From the NCBI GenBank assembly GCA_965644295.1, contig CBFFRP010000108.1:287093-351092 (forward strand): 64,000 nucleotides of DNA, given 5' to 3'. The stretch comes from Paraphysomonas bandaiensis. Lineage: Eukaryota > Protista > Chrysophyceae. The stretch's first letter is position 1. Every line of letters begins with the position of its first letter. The position numbers were made by a program, and so were the translations under genes. Shown piece by piece: positions 12,343-24,773 of the stretch. Under the pieces are notes generated by a model. That model was not told the origin of the DNA. It saw only the letters and a list, made by a program, of their open reading frames with translations, and made no database searches.

Positions 12343-14312
12343 CTATGAATCTAATGTCCGCTTTTTACGTCTAGATCCAGTGGTAACGACTGCTTTTGCC
12401 TTTTTGCCTATACTACCACTATTTACATTTCTTTCTTTCTGGGATAAATTTTCTTTCGTGGCAATTTGCAAATCAGCACCTGGCATATCAGACGGGATAT
12501 TTATCATCCGTGAATCTAACAATGCAGCCACCGTTGACACATAGGATGTCACGCGACTATATCTGTACACAAAGTAAATAGAAGTTTTACAGCAACTAAA
12601 CATGACACCTCTCTCTAAAAAAGTCACTGAAATGAGATATAACCATATCCACTTCTTCCATTTCCCATCCTTTGAATATGCCTTGCTCGTGTCTGAGCCG
12701 TTCCCCCATCAACCACTGTAACTTATCTTTAAACAAATGGAACACATCTCTAAGGTCCAGCGCAATCAACTCCAGACAGTGCAGATCGATGTCGGCTGTA
12801 ACAAGAGAGGAGAAGCATCAGGTAAATGAAATCGAAAACAGTGTAGATATCAATATTTTATCAGGCTAAACGTGGGACATACACATATAAATATATATCT
12901 ACCATGACGACGAACGTACTCATATCATTATCCTTTTTCTCAGTTAGTGGATTACATTGGAGCGCGCTGTCGATCATCTTCGAAGCTTTGAGCATCTGTG
13001 TCAGGCACATAAAACATATAAAACGATTATAACCATAACATTGAATCCTTGTGGAACACAATTCATACTACGAAAGATGGGCACTAAGTCATACGTACTG
13101 AATACCACATAGTCATTCAAACAACATCAATAGTGCGTACATGTGCGCAGGAGTCTTCGGGAGTTGAACTACGATGCACTTTTCGCATTTCATGAAACTT
13201 AGACACGTGGTTCTTTCCACGAATAAATACATATTCAGCATACTGCAAAAGAAATTTCGTGGGGGTAGTATAGAGCTCTGTGTTCCGACGAATAACATTC
13301 ACATCAAAGTATCTGCAACATACTAGATAATTACAATACCCACATCACAATTACATCTCTCAATGAGACATTAACAATGTTCATATAGTCTTACTTGGAA
13401 TTCGTCTTGGACGACATCTCAGATGACATACGGTTAAAAAGGGCCTTGAAGATAATGCCGTCCTCGGAGTCCGACTCTCTGAATACACGGGGTAAATATA
13501 TTTGTATGCTTATTTCGCGATATTGTTTCATGCATACTACCTGATCAGTGTGTGCAAAAGAACAAGACCTTTCATTGATGTAAGAGGGTTGGGTTCAGAA
13601 ATTTTAGCCCATATTTTTCTCAAAGTTATTCTGATGACAATATTGTTTCAATATATACATTTAGAAATATATTCATAGACATTACTCACCTGTAGGGATT
13701 AGACTCAGACGTCAGGTCTGTGTCGCTGACAAAGTCTCGTGTGATGTCCATCATCGCTTGCACATCCCTTGCAGGAGGTCTACACTGATCTACGCAAGTG
13801 TCACATTACACTACAGAATAAGCACTTTAGTGTCGACCTGGGGTAGTAAGACGTAACAGTAAGGATTCAAAATCACTTGAAAATATAATCTTTATATCTC
13901 TTTGTATCTTCGATGTTGCACGCCTGGCAATGGAAAGTAAGTCACTGATACCTTCATTTACAACCTCTAGTTTCCTAATTGTTCCAGTAAATTAAATTCC
14001 AATGGCAAAATAAGATTCATACCGTAGTAATTTAGAGGATAGCGGAGTTTTTACTTCTGGAAGAATGACATCATTCCCACCACTTCTGTTGATCTGTACT
14101 TTTGACACAACAGAACTGTCGGATAGAACCCTTTGCTTATTGTTTGTTCTCGCATAAGCTCTGGTAATAAACACTGAGAGTAAAGAACAGTGAGAGATGT
14201 CACAGTGTTTGTCATATCTGTGATACTTACAGGGCTGCTTGAGGCCACATACCGCTACACACCACATAACGAGGACGAACCATTGCAATCGGATAAGTCG
14301 AGGGTTGATCAT
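12343..14312 (-). CDS. Multi-exon protein with N-terminal signal-like peptide and possible ANTH/ENTH-like helical domain
   Basis: Spliced reading gives MINPRLIRLQWFVLVMWCVAVCG...ESLLLRLTTP...ITLRKIWAKISEPNPLTSMKGLVLLHTLIR...FLLQYAEYVFIR. The K-x-L-x-x-L-H-x-L motif resembles ANTH. Exon boundaries are approximate. Confidence 0.55.
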
Positions 14313-14929
14313 GTCATCTATTGTCTCCACTGACAATTAAACAAATGCTGCCATGATAAGCCTGCGCAGGTAGAGTGCAGTAAGCTATGAGTGCAGTGAG
14401 CGTCCACATCTCTCTATGCACTCTACTGTACTGTATGCGAGCATATACACCACCGTATAATGCCTGTATTAATACGGAATACAGTGCTGTATAACTACGA
14501 ATCTGAAGTATGTATATGGTGGACAGAATACTGCTGCAATGTTACAATGGTGGATGAGGACAGCTTAATTGGGGTGTGGTTCATTCCATAGTAATCGTCC
14601 ATAATGCAGATTCCATCGAACGACTTAATGTCGTGAAATGTCTTGCACGGAGTATTAGGCAGAGCAATGCGAGGTCAAGAGTCGAAATATGCATTCCATT
14701 TAAAGTACTCTGAACTGTATTCTAAGCTGTATACTGCCGTACTGTACGAACACCACCACATACACACAGTAGTCCAATCTGTATATCGTGTCTGTATTAT
14801 TGTATACCGGTACAGTATACTGTATGGTCGTGTGAATGGAATGTGAGGCATGTTCCACATTCCATACAGACCCTCATCAGACAGAGAAGCGTCCAAAGAC
14901 GTGTACAAGTCCCGATAAATACCACTGCA

Positions 14930-15328
14930 ATGAATATGATTCACGGAGATCAAGATTATGATGGCCCTGAAATGACAGAGGCAATGTTTCAGGAGCAGAT
15001 GCACGGCGCTCTTCGTAATTTTTGGATGGAGCAGATAAGAGAGATGGAAGATCTTGGAATTGGATCAGAACAAGACTTCAAAAACCATAACGACTTACCT
15101 CTGGCTAGGATTAAGCGTATTATGAAGTCTGACGAAGATGTGCGCATGATTAGTGCAGAAGCTCCGGTTTTGTTCGCCAAGGCTTGCGAAATGTTTATCC
15201 TCGAACTCACACTTCGAGCATGGTGCAATTCTGAAAAAATGAAGCGTCGCACATTACAAAAGGACGATATTGAAGCTGCTATCAAAAATACTGATATATT
15301 TGACTTCTTGGTAGGCTTACAAGCATAA
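14930..15328 (+). CDS. NFYC: Nuclear transcription factor Y subunit C (HAP5-like, histone fold), ~132 aa
   Basis: LPLARIKRIMKSDEDVRMISAEAPVLFAKACEMFILELTLRAW...RRTLQKDDI...DIFDFL. Confidence 0.96.
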   Translation: MNMIHGDQDYDGPEMTEAMFQEQMHGALRNFWMEQIREMEDLGIGSEQDFKNHNDLPLARIKRIMKSDEDVRMISAEAPVLFAKACEMFILELTLRAWCNSEKMKRRTLQKDDIEAAIKNTDIFDFLVGLQA

Positions 15329-17166
15329 CCGGTACTGTTGGTGTAATTACGAGGACATATTCAGAGTGAACAGTTGCACTCTGGTAGTTTCATTTGTACA
15401 CTTTCATAGAACGTACGTGTAACTGTGTCATGTTTTTAACGTTTAGTCCATCATATATGCTCTGAATAACGGGCAGTAGGCCAATCTAAGGCGTACTCTA
15501 TGTCTTTCGTTGCATTGACGCTGTCATCATAGTGACTGTATACGCTGCGCTTCCGAACAATATTAAGGCGTCAGTTTATATAGAAGTCCTAGCATCATTA
15601 TTCGTGGTTGATATAATTTATAAATTGCAGACATCTATTATTATACGAGTGCGACAATTGACACACATTTTTTTTTGTCAAAATTCATATAATTACGACC
15701 TAAGTTACAGTCAGTAGTGAATAATCATTTCGCTAAATTTGATAGTGCCGTATCTCGCACGTTACAACGAGCCGATACATCGAGTGAAAGATAATGTTTT
15801 TTATATATAATGTAGTTTAAGATTTAAGAATGTAAACAGTACTCATATATCGTACTGTACATTGCACAATACACAACACTTCATGCTGTTAAAAACATAA
15901 TATATACACTAGAATGTATAGCTATTTGTGGCTTGCATGCTGTTAGAGGAAATAGGAGTTCCCTGATTAACATAATACGGTTGTTTCCTTAAGATAGTGA
16001 AATAACCAGCTACTGGATTATTCTATACTATTCGTATATGATTAAACTTGTACATATTCCATGTTTAAAAATATACAATTGTTATAAATATCGACTCTAT
16101 GAATCAAGATCTACTGAATGATATGACTATTTTATGATAGGCTTTATATTGAAATATGCAATGATATATATAACTGAAACAGATAAAGAGATAACAGATA
16201 TATTATGATGAGGACCATGGTTGATGATATTTGCAGGACATTATAAAGATACGCAAGGCTTGAGAATTTTACTCGTGAATTCCTGGTTTTATATCCAGGC
16301 TAATAGAGGGGTATTGCCGAATTCTCCAGTAATGCAGTTGTACTTTACTTGTGCTATGTTGTCCTGAAGAGATTGTATTTGAAGTATACTATGTCAAGTC
16401 TTTGGATGAGGACAGTGATGATGACTCTTCTTTATCCGCAATGAAATAATCTTCGCATATTTGTAGTATTGATTCCCATTCAGGAGTACGACCTCCAAAG
16501 CAGAGAGCTAAATCCAAACGGAAGGTTCATTCAGCACGGAAAGTTGTCTATGTTGTCCACACGGTGACTCCATGAGATGAGTCTGCTGATAAACTTTCCA
16601 TGTAGCATGTTTCGTATCTTAATAAAGTTGAACAAGGACAGTGAGTTCAAAGAGAAGGCTGGCACCAGGTCGGCCATGGTTAAATGGAGTCATTAATTGA
16701 CAAGGATTGTGCTCAACCTTAGGAGAGAACTCATTCCCAAGAGAGCGATATTATATTCGTGGAATCGGCTCGTATATATATTGGTACAATGGAGAGGGCA
16801 GTTAAGTTTATATAGTTCGAGCTCGGCGTGTCTTACCGGTTACAGTATTGCCTGAAGAGGCATCACTATTAAGTGATGATTGGAAACTGGTTCAACTGCA
16901 AGCATGGGTTCCAATCATCCCACAGTGTTCGATGTATGTAATCTTTGGGGGTCATCCATTACGGGAAATAAAGATGGTTGACCTCTTTGAACATAAGCTA
17001 TTGCTAAAAATAAGTCTTTCACACATTATAATAATCACCATAGTCAGTTTTACTTCTAACTATTCCGTTGTGTGTGATAGTTATGTTCTGAATTTTATTC
17101 ACTTTTCTACATTACTGTGCTCAACACTTTGCATTCTAATAATCACAACATTCTTCTGTGCTCCCT

Positions 17167-17642
17167 CAACAAAGTCGGACTCGCACCTTTTCGTGGCGTT
17201 CTGGGGGATAAGTACCGGAGAGATTCTCTCTGGGAAACTAACGTGAACCGCAAACATAGTCAGCAGATATTCTTCTGCCCACTCATAGCCGAATGCATGC
17301 GTGGTACAAGGGACACCAATAAGTGTCACTTGTGTAGACGTCTTTGGGCCCTGACGAATAAACAGGCATCTGGGACAGGGCCCACCTAAAGGGGAACCGG
17401 GGTATTGGGCTGCCTGCTGAAGTCAAGCATCCGGGATGTTCACCTTAAGAACTCAGAGCGGAAGTGGTCACACCTTGGTGCTTGCGGCGACGCACAAGCA
17501 GCTTCCGTGGCGTTAAATAGTTAAATAGTGTGTAATGATTCGTTACAGGTAGAGGTCTAACTAGTTTGTCTAGCATTCGTCTAGCTACAAAGTTGGTACT
17601 GGTTTTTAACGCCTATTGCTCTCTATAAGACTTTTAATATAC
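17167..17642 (+). repeat. Dispersed ~480-bp structured non-coding element, copy B (putative non-autonomous mobile element or ncRNA)
   Basis: Near-identical to 41131-41634 over its whole length. Contains many hairpins and no convincing ORF. Confidence 0.9.
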
Positions 17643-17796
17643 TACTACTGTGCTTAAATATGCATTCCACAAGCCCAGGTAAGTGACTCTAGTACGCATT
17701 GTAGATATTTTAACATGCTGCTGCATACTATATATCAGGGCCTAGTAGCCATTAATGGTAATACCATTTCCATTTTAATTGCCGGGACATTATTCA

Positions 17797-17870
17797 CAGG
17801 GCTGCGTATCAATTAATTGACGCAGGTTGTAGTCAATTATAATTGCAATTATTACTTGCTGCCTCAATAT
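17797..17870 (+). mobile_element. MITE/hAT-like terminal fragment (CAGGGCTGCGTA end plus AATTGC-rich subterminal repeats)
   Basis: CAGGGCTGCGTA here is the reverse complement of TACGCAGCCCTG at 52256-52267. The internal AATTATAATTGCAATTAT..GCTG segment recurs near 33840. Confidence 0.5.
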
Positions 17871-18087
17871 CTACAGTACTTGCATTATCTACAGTAAGTT
17901 CTCAAGGGTATACAAGTAAAATACCTTTACAGGTATACCACCACATTCTTTCATTGATATATCGTTAGTTTAAAAAATGAAATCAAGTGTGACTACTGTA
18001 CTAAAAAATTATTTAAATTATTTTAATAAAGACGCATCAGATGTATATTTGCTGGGAAAATAAAATTAGGGATATACCTGTGGTGGC

Positions 18088-19655
18088 TTAGGTCAATTGT
18101 GACAGCAGATTTGCTTTACTTTCTTGCATTCTCTTAAGAGCAATTGATTCTGATTCAACTTTTTCGACACTAGCTAAATCTATCAGTACTGGTTTCATAC
18201 CAATGACATCATCTCCACTGTCGTCCAGGACTGGAAGCAATGCAACATGTCTCCACTCAAGATCGCCATGCACAAGACAGTGCCGAGCGAGTTCTTCGAC
18301 ACTATCATTGAGCACACTCTCCGCTGCAATATCTGAGGACAAAATAAAGTCGTTTATTTTTGTCGTCCACGCTTCAAACCGTTCGTCACTAGGCGACTCA
18401 CTGTTCGCAACTCTACCCCAATTTGATAGATCAAAATCAAAGCAAACTGACCCCTCTCGTTTTATGCAATGGAATACAAACGGCATGACGAGACAATGTG
18501 AATCAGCAACACAGTACTGAACACACCTACTCCGTACACTTCTCTCCATACATTCAATTCCTTTTCACAAAGCTTCTCATAATAAAATTTCTTTACAACA
18601 ACTAAATTGAAATCTTTAGTCAGTGCGAGACAAACCTGACCATCCGCCCCTCCGTGAAATTGCCGCAACACTATTACATGATTTGGTTCATAGTTGGGTA
18701 GTGCAAGTGTAATCGCCGTGTGTCCCATTAAGTCAGTGTTGGAAATCGTGCCCCAACGCCAATTCTTTTCAGAGAGAATGGTGTAAGCCCTTTGTGAGGT
18801 TAGCAGCGATACCACTCGATATTGAGATTGCATCGATTTCAACAATACTGTTCCAATCAAGGGAAGTACTTGAGAATCATCCCAAGAGTACACCTCGCTC
18901 CCATGGAGGTGTCTTTCCAGTGTGCTCGCCACGGGAAACTGGGTGTACAAGTCTTCATACATGGGTGGATTCAAGTCTTTGGAAGCAGCAAAGTCGTCTG
19001 TGTCCGGAAACCAGACTACTCGCCATGCATCCAGTGTAGTTAAAATCCCGAACATTTCACATTGCCCAAAAGAGTTACGTAAATTGGACATATAATCGAA
19101 TATTTGTCCTAGCACTTTATCATCGGACAGCTTTGATTTCTCCGGTTGTTTCACCTCAATCACTGTAATCGGTACACCAGATTTGGTCTTAACAACCCAA
19201 ATATCAGATTTCGACTCTCTCCTACTCGTTTCTACCATACACACTAATGTTGCTTGATAATGAATCGATAATTCCATATTAACACCCAAGAAATACATTA
19301 CATCTCGAACAATTCTTCGGACATAATCCTCAATTTCTGCCTCATTAAAGTATGATATGCGTGTTTTACAATCCTGGTTTCGAAGTGCCAGGAGGTATTC
19401 ACTTGCCATGGACAAATTGTGCGCTTCAATATTATCAAAGATACCAACGTCCTGAACATCAAACATATTGACAGCCGTATGTGTAGACGTATAAGTAGAA
19501 GCCGAAGCGCTTCTTCTACTTAATTCCATGCCACCTAATCCACTTTTCCAGAACTGCTCAATGGAATACACAGCCTGCTTAGCCAGGTCCTCAGCCTGCT
19601 TGAGAAGTAGCAGTCGAACAGGTTCCGGAAGTACTTCAAGATCGATTTCTTCCAT
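18088..19655 (-). pseudogene. PD-(D/E)xK restriction-endonuclease-like domain plus atypical protein kinase (Crinkler/CR-effector-like), split by one frameshift near 18510
   Basis: Nuclease-like SDIWVV...VIEVKQP...LGQIFDYM...FGILTTLDAWRVVW. Kinase-like HGGADGQVCLA..VVVKKF..KELNVW, continuing in the overlapping frame with LVMPF, VHGDLEWRHV and VLIDL. Confidence 0.75.
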
Positions 19656-20223
19656 TGTTTATATCTATTGATGACTGGAATATATTGGTGTGAAAACTCC
19701 GTCTTAACGGATGGAACGTCTCAATTTATTGCTGCTGGTGCTGTATGCATGGTGTGTCGACAACATAAGGTTTTACTTAAAACTAAAGGTTTATATAAAA
19801 GTGGGGGTTTATGGTAAGAACCGTACCAAAATCCTGCATTTCTAAATGTTTCATTGTGTGCTACCCTGCTGCACAAGGCACTCATTTGGATACATGCATC
19901 CGCACACATAGCCCTGTATATTCGAGTACTTTAAAAGAAGTGAACCCTCTAGCGCGCAGGTTTCTGACCACTCGAGTGTGGGCGTGTATAATCTACGACA
20001 GTACACTGTACAACTGTATCTACAGCGCCTCCGTGTCCCAATACACTTCTACTTCATACTCATATACACACTGCTGTCTCGTATATTCACACTGCTGTCT
20101 CGTATAGTCTCGTATAGCAGTACTCCACACGACTGTGCCCATATCTCATACATCTGAACACACACCCCCCCTGCTACCACAGGCCTTGGTGTTCATGCAC
20201 TTCCCCCTTGACCCTATTATCTC

Positions 20224-22820
20224 ATGATGAACAGAGAGGACGTACCTGCTGCTGCTAGTGATGATAGTATACTATTGGGGAGAACGGAGCTAATATCTAT
20301 GCGTGAAATATTCCCTGATGAAACAGACTCCACTCTACTGAACTGTCTGCAGAACACTAATTGGAATCTTGATTCTGCAGTTCTACTGTGCTTAGAGCAA
20401 CAGTCATCCTCATTTATCACACGCACACTGCCAAAGTCTCAGTCGTCTAGTAGTGTGGGATCTCTGCTTACAGATGAGGCAAGTCAGTCCCCTTCAACGA
20501 ACCCGATGCGTATGCAGCAGCAGGGAGGGTTGAATAGCCGATCCCCTATACGCCGCTCAGGTCCACGACGAGTGGCTGCGCGTATGACTCTGCCAAATGA
20601 CTTCATTTGTGTCCCAAGTGTACGCACAGTAATTGACTCCACATTTCCTATACACAAGGCCGATAGCATAGACTTCACGGTATACATTAATCGCTCTGGT
20701 GCATCCCTTGGTCTCAATGTCGAGAAACAAGGTGGGAATATCGTGGTGAGCGGATTGAGTAATGAATCCTCCAATACCCCAGGACTCTCTTACCAAGCAG
20801 GAGTTCGAGTCGGTGATGTACTTCATGGCGTAAACTTTGAATACTTCAATACTGGTGTTTCTAAAGCTAATGTTACCAAAGTAGTATCAGCTGCTGGACC
20901 GTTCCTCTGTCTTCATTTTATTCGCTATCTAGATGTAAGCAGGACTCCCTATACGGATGGTAGCACGCGACAACACGCTGCATCTCTGCGCAAAATTCAT
21001 CCCTGTGCCTTGATGTTGTTAGACCAAGAAGTGCTTGATGTGGAGGACATGGAGGTCTTTTGTGAATCTTTGCAAAGACTAAAATCCCGAACCATAGACT
21101 GGAGCACTGGGGTTATACGACAACGAACGAAAATTAGAGACATTGCTGCTGCAATACAGTCTTCTGGTTTGGGTGCAGTGGATGGGACTGGGACGCGAGA
21201 CGACTCTGCACTTCGACTGGTGTCTAGCAGTAGTGGCGGTAGTTCGTTGCGCAATATGCGCTGGCCTGTAACCGGGTCCACTGCTCCTATGGCGCTATCT
21301 GCGTATAGATCTAGCGGGGAAATATCTGACATTCGGCAAAGTTGGTATAAGGAGGTTACTATGAGTACTCGAGACATCCAACCGGCGATATCTATCCGTA
21401 TAACTGGGACCACGGTGATTGATGATCACACGGAGTATGTACTATGGGTGCAAGACGTGAGCACCGGGTTACAGTGGTATACCACCAGAAGATTTAGGGA
21501 GTTCTTTAAGCTCAGAGAGGTAAGCATAGCGTGAAACAACATCTATCTGTTTCATATCGCAATTGGTAGACTCTAGTTTCACTTTGGGGTGTCTTCGGAT
21601 CGCTTCCTTTCCCTGCTCGACGCCTCTCTGTTGGACGAAATGACCCATCAGGCTCCCTGGTAGCGGAGCGCCGTCCTTTGTTGGAGACATTCCTGCGGTC
21701 TGCGTACCAGGTAGTTGTCGCTGAGCACCTGGTCCATCCCGCGACGAGAAAAATATTCTTAGCGATATATCGCTTTGTAGATGTATCTCACAATATGCCA
21801 TCAATCTCTGCTATATACTCGCAGCAAAAGAGGCTGCATGACGCGTACATCGAGAGACTGATGGAGGAGCATGCCTATGTAGGTGCCTCTCATCGCGATG
21901 ACGAAGAATGTACCATAGACTATTTAAACGATCCATTCATTTTTGTGCGCCGATGGGTGGAGATCTACATTCACTCTATACTTCAGTTGCCGGTGTTTCG
22001 TAGGGTAGTGGGGAGATTCGTTCGCAATTATCTGAAGAGTAGTACAGGCGATGACTCGAAGTCGTGGGATGAGCGAGAATCTGTGAATAACGTCAAGTCT
22101 TTAGGTGAATTTATTGATAACCTCCAAGATGTACTATTAAGAGGCATGCGTACTGACGTTGCGGAAGTAATTGAACACTTTGTCCATGGTGACACTCGGG
22201 GAAGGTATGGGGGCCAGCCCAGACAGCTACAGAAAATAGATGAAGATACCATCTATGTAAATGCGATTTTGAAGATGGACTGGGTGGATAGTATTACACA
22301 GGTAGCTGTTAGGCGGCAGATCGAGACAGAGGTATACGTACCATGTGCGGATGCCGTGAGAGCAGTACTTAATGAGGGGTTCGCTCAGAGGGACAAACAG
22401 TTAGTTGCCAAGTGCCAGTATCTGAGGTGCCAGCCTCAGTCGTTTTTTGGCATACCCCTGAAGCATATTTCTCCCTCTAGCTGGGAAGATGTCGTCCGTG
22501 CTATAGATAAAGTGCCTAAGATGTCCATCCCTTTTGACAAATTACAACTGCTCGTTGCGGCTGCAAAGCAAATTCCTGAGATCTACCGTAAAGAGCATCC
22601 AGATGCATCCATTTCCCTAGGAGCCGATGATATGCTCCCAATATTTATATATTGTTTAGCTATGTCCAAAATTAGACGGCTCTCCACTCTCTCGAAGGAA
22701 CTGGAGAATGTATGTGACTCCGAGTGTAGGGTGTCAGAGATAGGCTACTATACAGCAACTTTAGAGGCATCACTTCAGCATATACTAGACATGGATGAAA
22801 TCAATGGCGATATTAGTTAG
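20224..22820 (+). CDS. VPS9-domain Rab5-type GEF with N-terminal CUE-like, PDZ and PX domains (2 exons, ~848 aa)
   Basis: CUE-like MREIFPD...NWNLDSAV. PDZ SLGLNV...AGVRVGDVLHGVN. PX RRFREFFKLRE|...LPFPARR...ERRPLLETFL across intron 21520-21569. VPS9 PFDKL...LGADDMLPIFIY...GYYTATLEASL. Confidence 0.9.
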
Positions 22821-23681
22821 CACCCTCCGTTGTAGTTCTTTATTTTACAATGTTCTTGTGTTTTTCGAATGCTGTGTGCACAATACATTCGTTTTTATTT
22901 GCACCGACGAATTCTTAACAATAATACCTTTGTAAAAGTAAAAATACGTATATTTTTGTACATTTTGCGTAAGCGTGTTACTAGATATATATTCGAATTG
23001 CTAATTAAAGCCTAATTCCTCTTTTGTTACAATACATGCCTAAGTGCTGCTCATCAAGGAGCACCAATATTGCTAATCGACCAACTAGATTTGGCGCTGC
23101 ATAGTCAACTTACGTGCTATGTAAATCACGAAACAGCATATGTAGCTTGCTAATGGCTAATAGTGATATAACAGCGGCGTAGATGTATAGATAAATAACT
23201 ATGAATCCTTAATTTACGGAAAAAGTATCACAAAGACCACTCTTTAGGGTTATCCATATTCAGTGAATTCATTACGTAGATTTACACACTACTCATGTTA
23301 TCAATGAGATTGGAAGGTTAAATGGCGATGCCTATTCTTCTTCCATAAGCCATAAGTAATAGTGAAGGTAGACTAATCCTTCTCTAAGATATGGATCATG
23401 AGCCTATTGGTTATTCAATAAAATATGAATGAATGAGGGAATATTATCCTTTATCGTGGTTGCGCTTTGCAGCGTATTATTATCATCATCTAGGATCTAG
23501 GATAACAATATCGCGGCAGAAAGATATAAAAAAATTAATGAATATATTTTGTATCACGAAAGGGTTTCCTCGACATACATACGAAATAACCAGAAAAAGC
23601 CCTTTCATATTGATAAATAACACAATACACAAATTTTCACACCAAAACATTGTAGCGCCGCAGGACACAAAACAGGAAACC

Positions 23682-24773
23682 CTAAGGTGGCTTACAAGGA
23701 TGATTTTTCGGATACAGTAGCATTTCTAAATATACAAGTTTTCCACTTCTAGTCCGGCCCTCTTCTATTGGTGGCAACATATCGTGACCACTTACAGATA
23801 TACAGGACATACAAACGCTTCGAAGTATTTGTTTGCATTCCCGATATATATCTTCGAAGCTACGAGTGGTGGAGTCCCTTCCAGCAATGAGTATGGGCAA
23901 GTTCTGCCCCGATATTTCATTATCGACACAGGTAGAGGGGAGAACACACGGTGAGCGCAACAGAACACACAAACCTTGTTGCAGCTCGCGCTTTACTCTG
24001 ACCAACAGACTTGTCTTGTACGTACCATCCGTGCAATACTACAAATCAAATATCAATGAGTCACAATAATACACTCCAACAACAGGATATAGATACTTAT
24101 ACACTTGAGTTTGGTATACGCTTGAGGGATATGAATACCTTGGAGTAAACTAGGTCATCCACCAACACTGTTCCTGGAGGGCACGGTACGGAAGTCACAA
24201 CTTCATCAGGATCTTGCACATCTTCTTCGACTTTAACATCCTTGGGCATACGTTTAGATGCCCGGGCACGGCGTCCACCGTCAACACTTTCACGCTGAAG
24301 TGCTAAGCCGTGCTTCCGAAGAACTACGGCGTGCTTCTTATTTGCTTTCGTCTCAGCATCTTTACGAAGATTGCGGTATCTACGCAGATATAAATATATT
24401 AAAGAGCAGGCAGAGGGAATACATCAGACCTGCTTCGGACAGTACCAGCGCTGTAAATCAGGGTCTTCGGTTGTGATTCAGCGGACTCCCTGCGCACAAC
24501 AAGTCAGCGACAGCTGAGTGCCATATGCGGACCTCACGCTATGGACGGTTTCATCTGCTGGTCGTCTATGACACTATCAAGAAGCAGAGGAGGAGGCTGA
24601 GAGACAGACAGAGGGGGCTCATAGGGGTCATGTGAGGGGCTATGGGTGTTATGAGAGGGCTCATGTGAGGGCTCATGTGTGTCGCTGTGTGTGTCGTCGT
24701 GTGTGTTGCTGTGAGGGGGTCGGGTGCCGTTAAGGAGATGGCGTCGTCTGTTCAGCTCTGCAAAGGAATGCAT
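23682..24773 (-). CDS. Hypothetical multi-exon protein with His/Pro-rich N-terminus
   Basis: Minus-strand ORF pieces separated by short GT-AG introns. The exon structure is only approximately resolved. Confidence 0.5.

Noticed and set aside
16200-17100. Possible decayed coding or transposon sequence next to element copy B
   Set aside because: Stops occur in all frames and no recognisable motif is present, so no call is supportable without a search.
17335-17370. Hammerhead ribozyme suggested by CTGACGA in the structured element
   Set aside because: There is no properly placed stem II plus GAAA and no consistent stems I/III. The diverged copy reads TTGACGA.
18517-18530. A 14-nt GT..AG micro-intron that would repair the kinase frameshift
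   Set aside because: It is far shorter than all other introns in the window (45 nt or more). A 1-nt deletion is more parsimonious.
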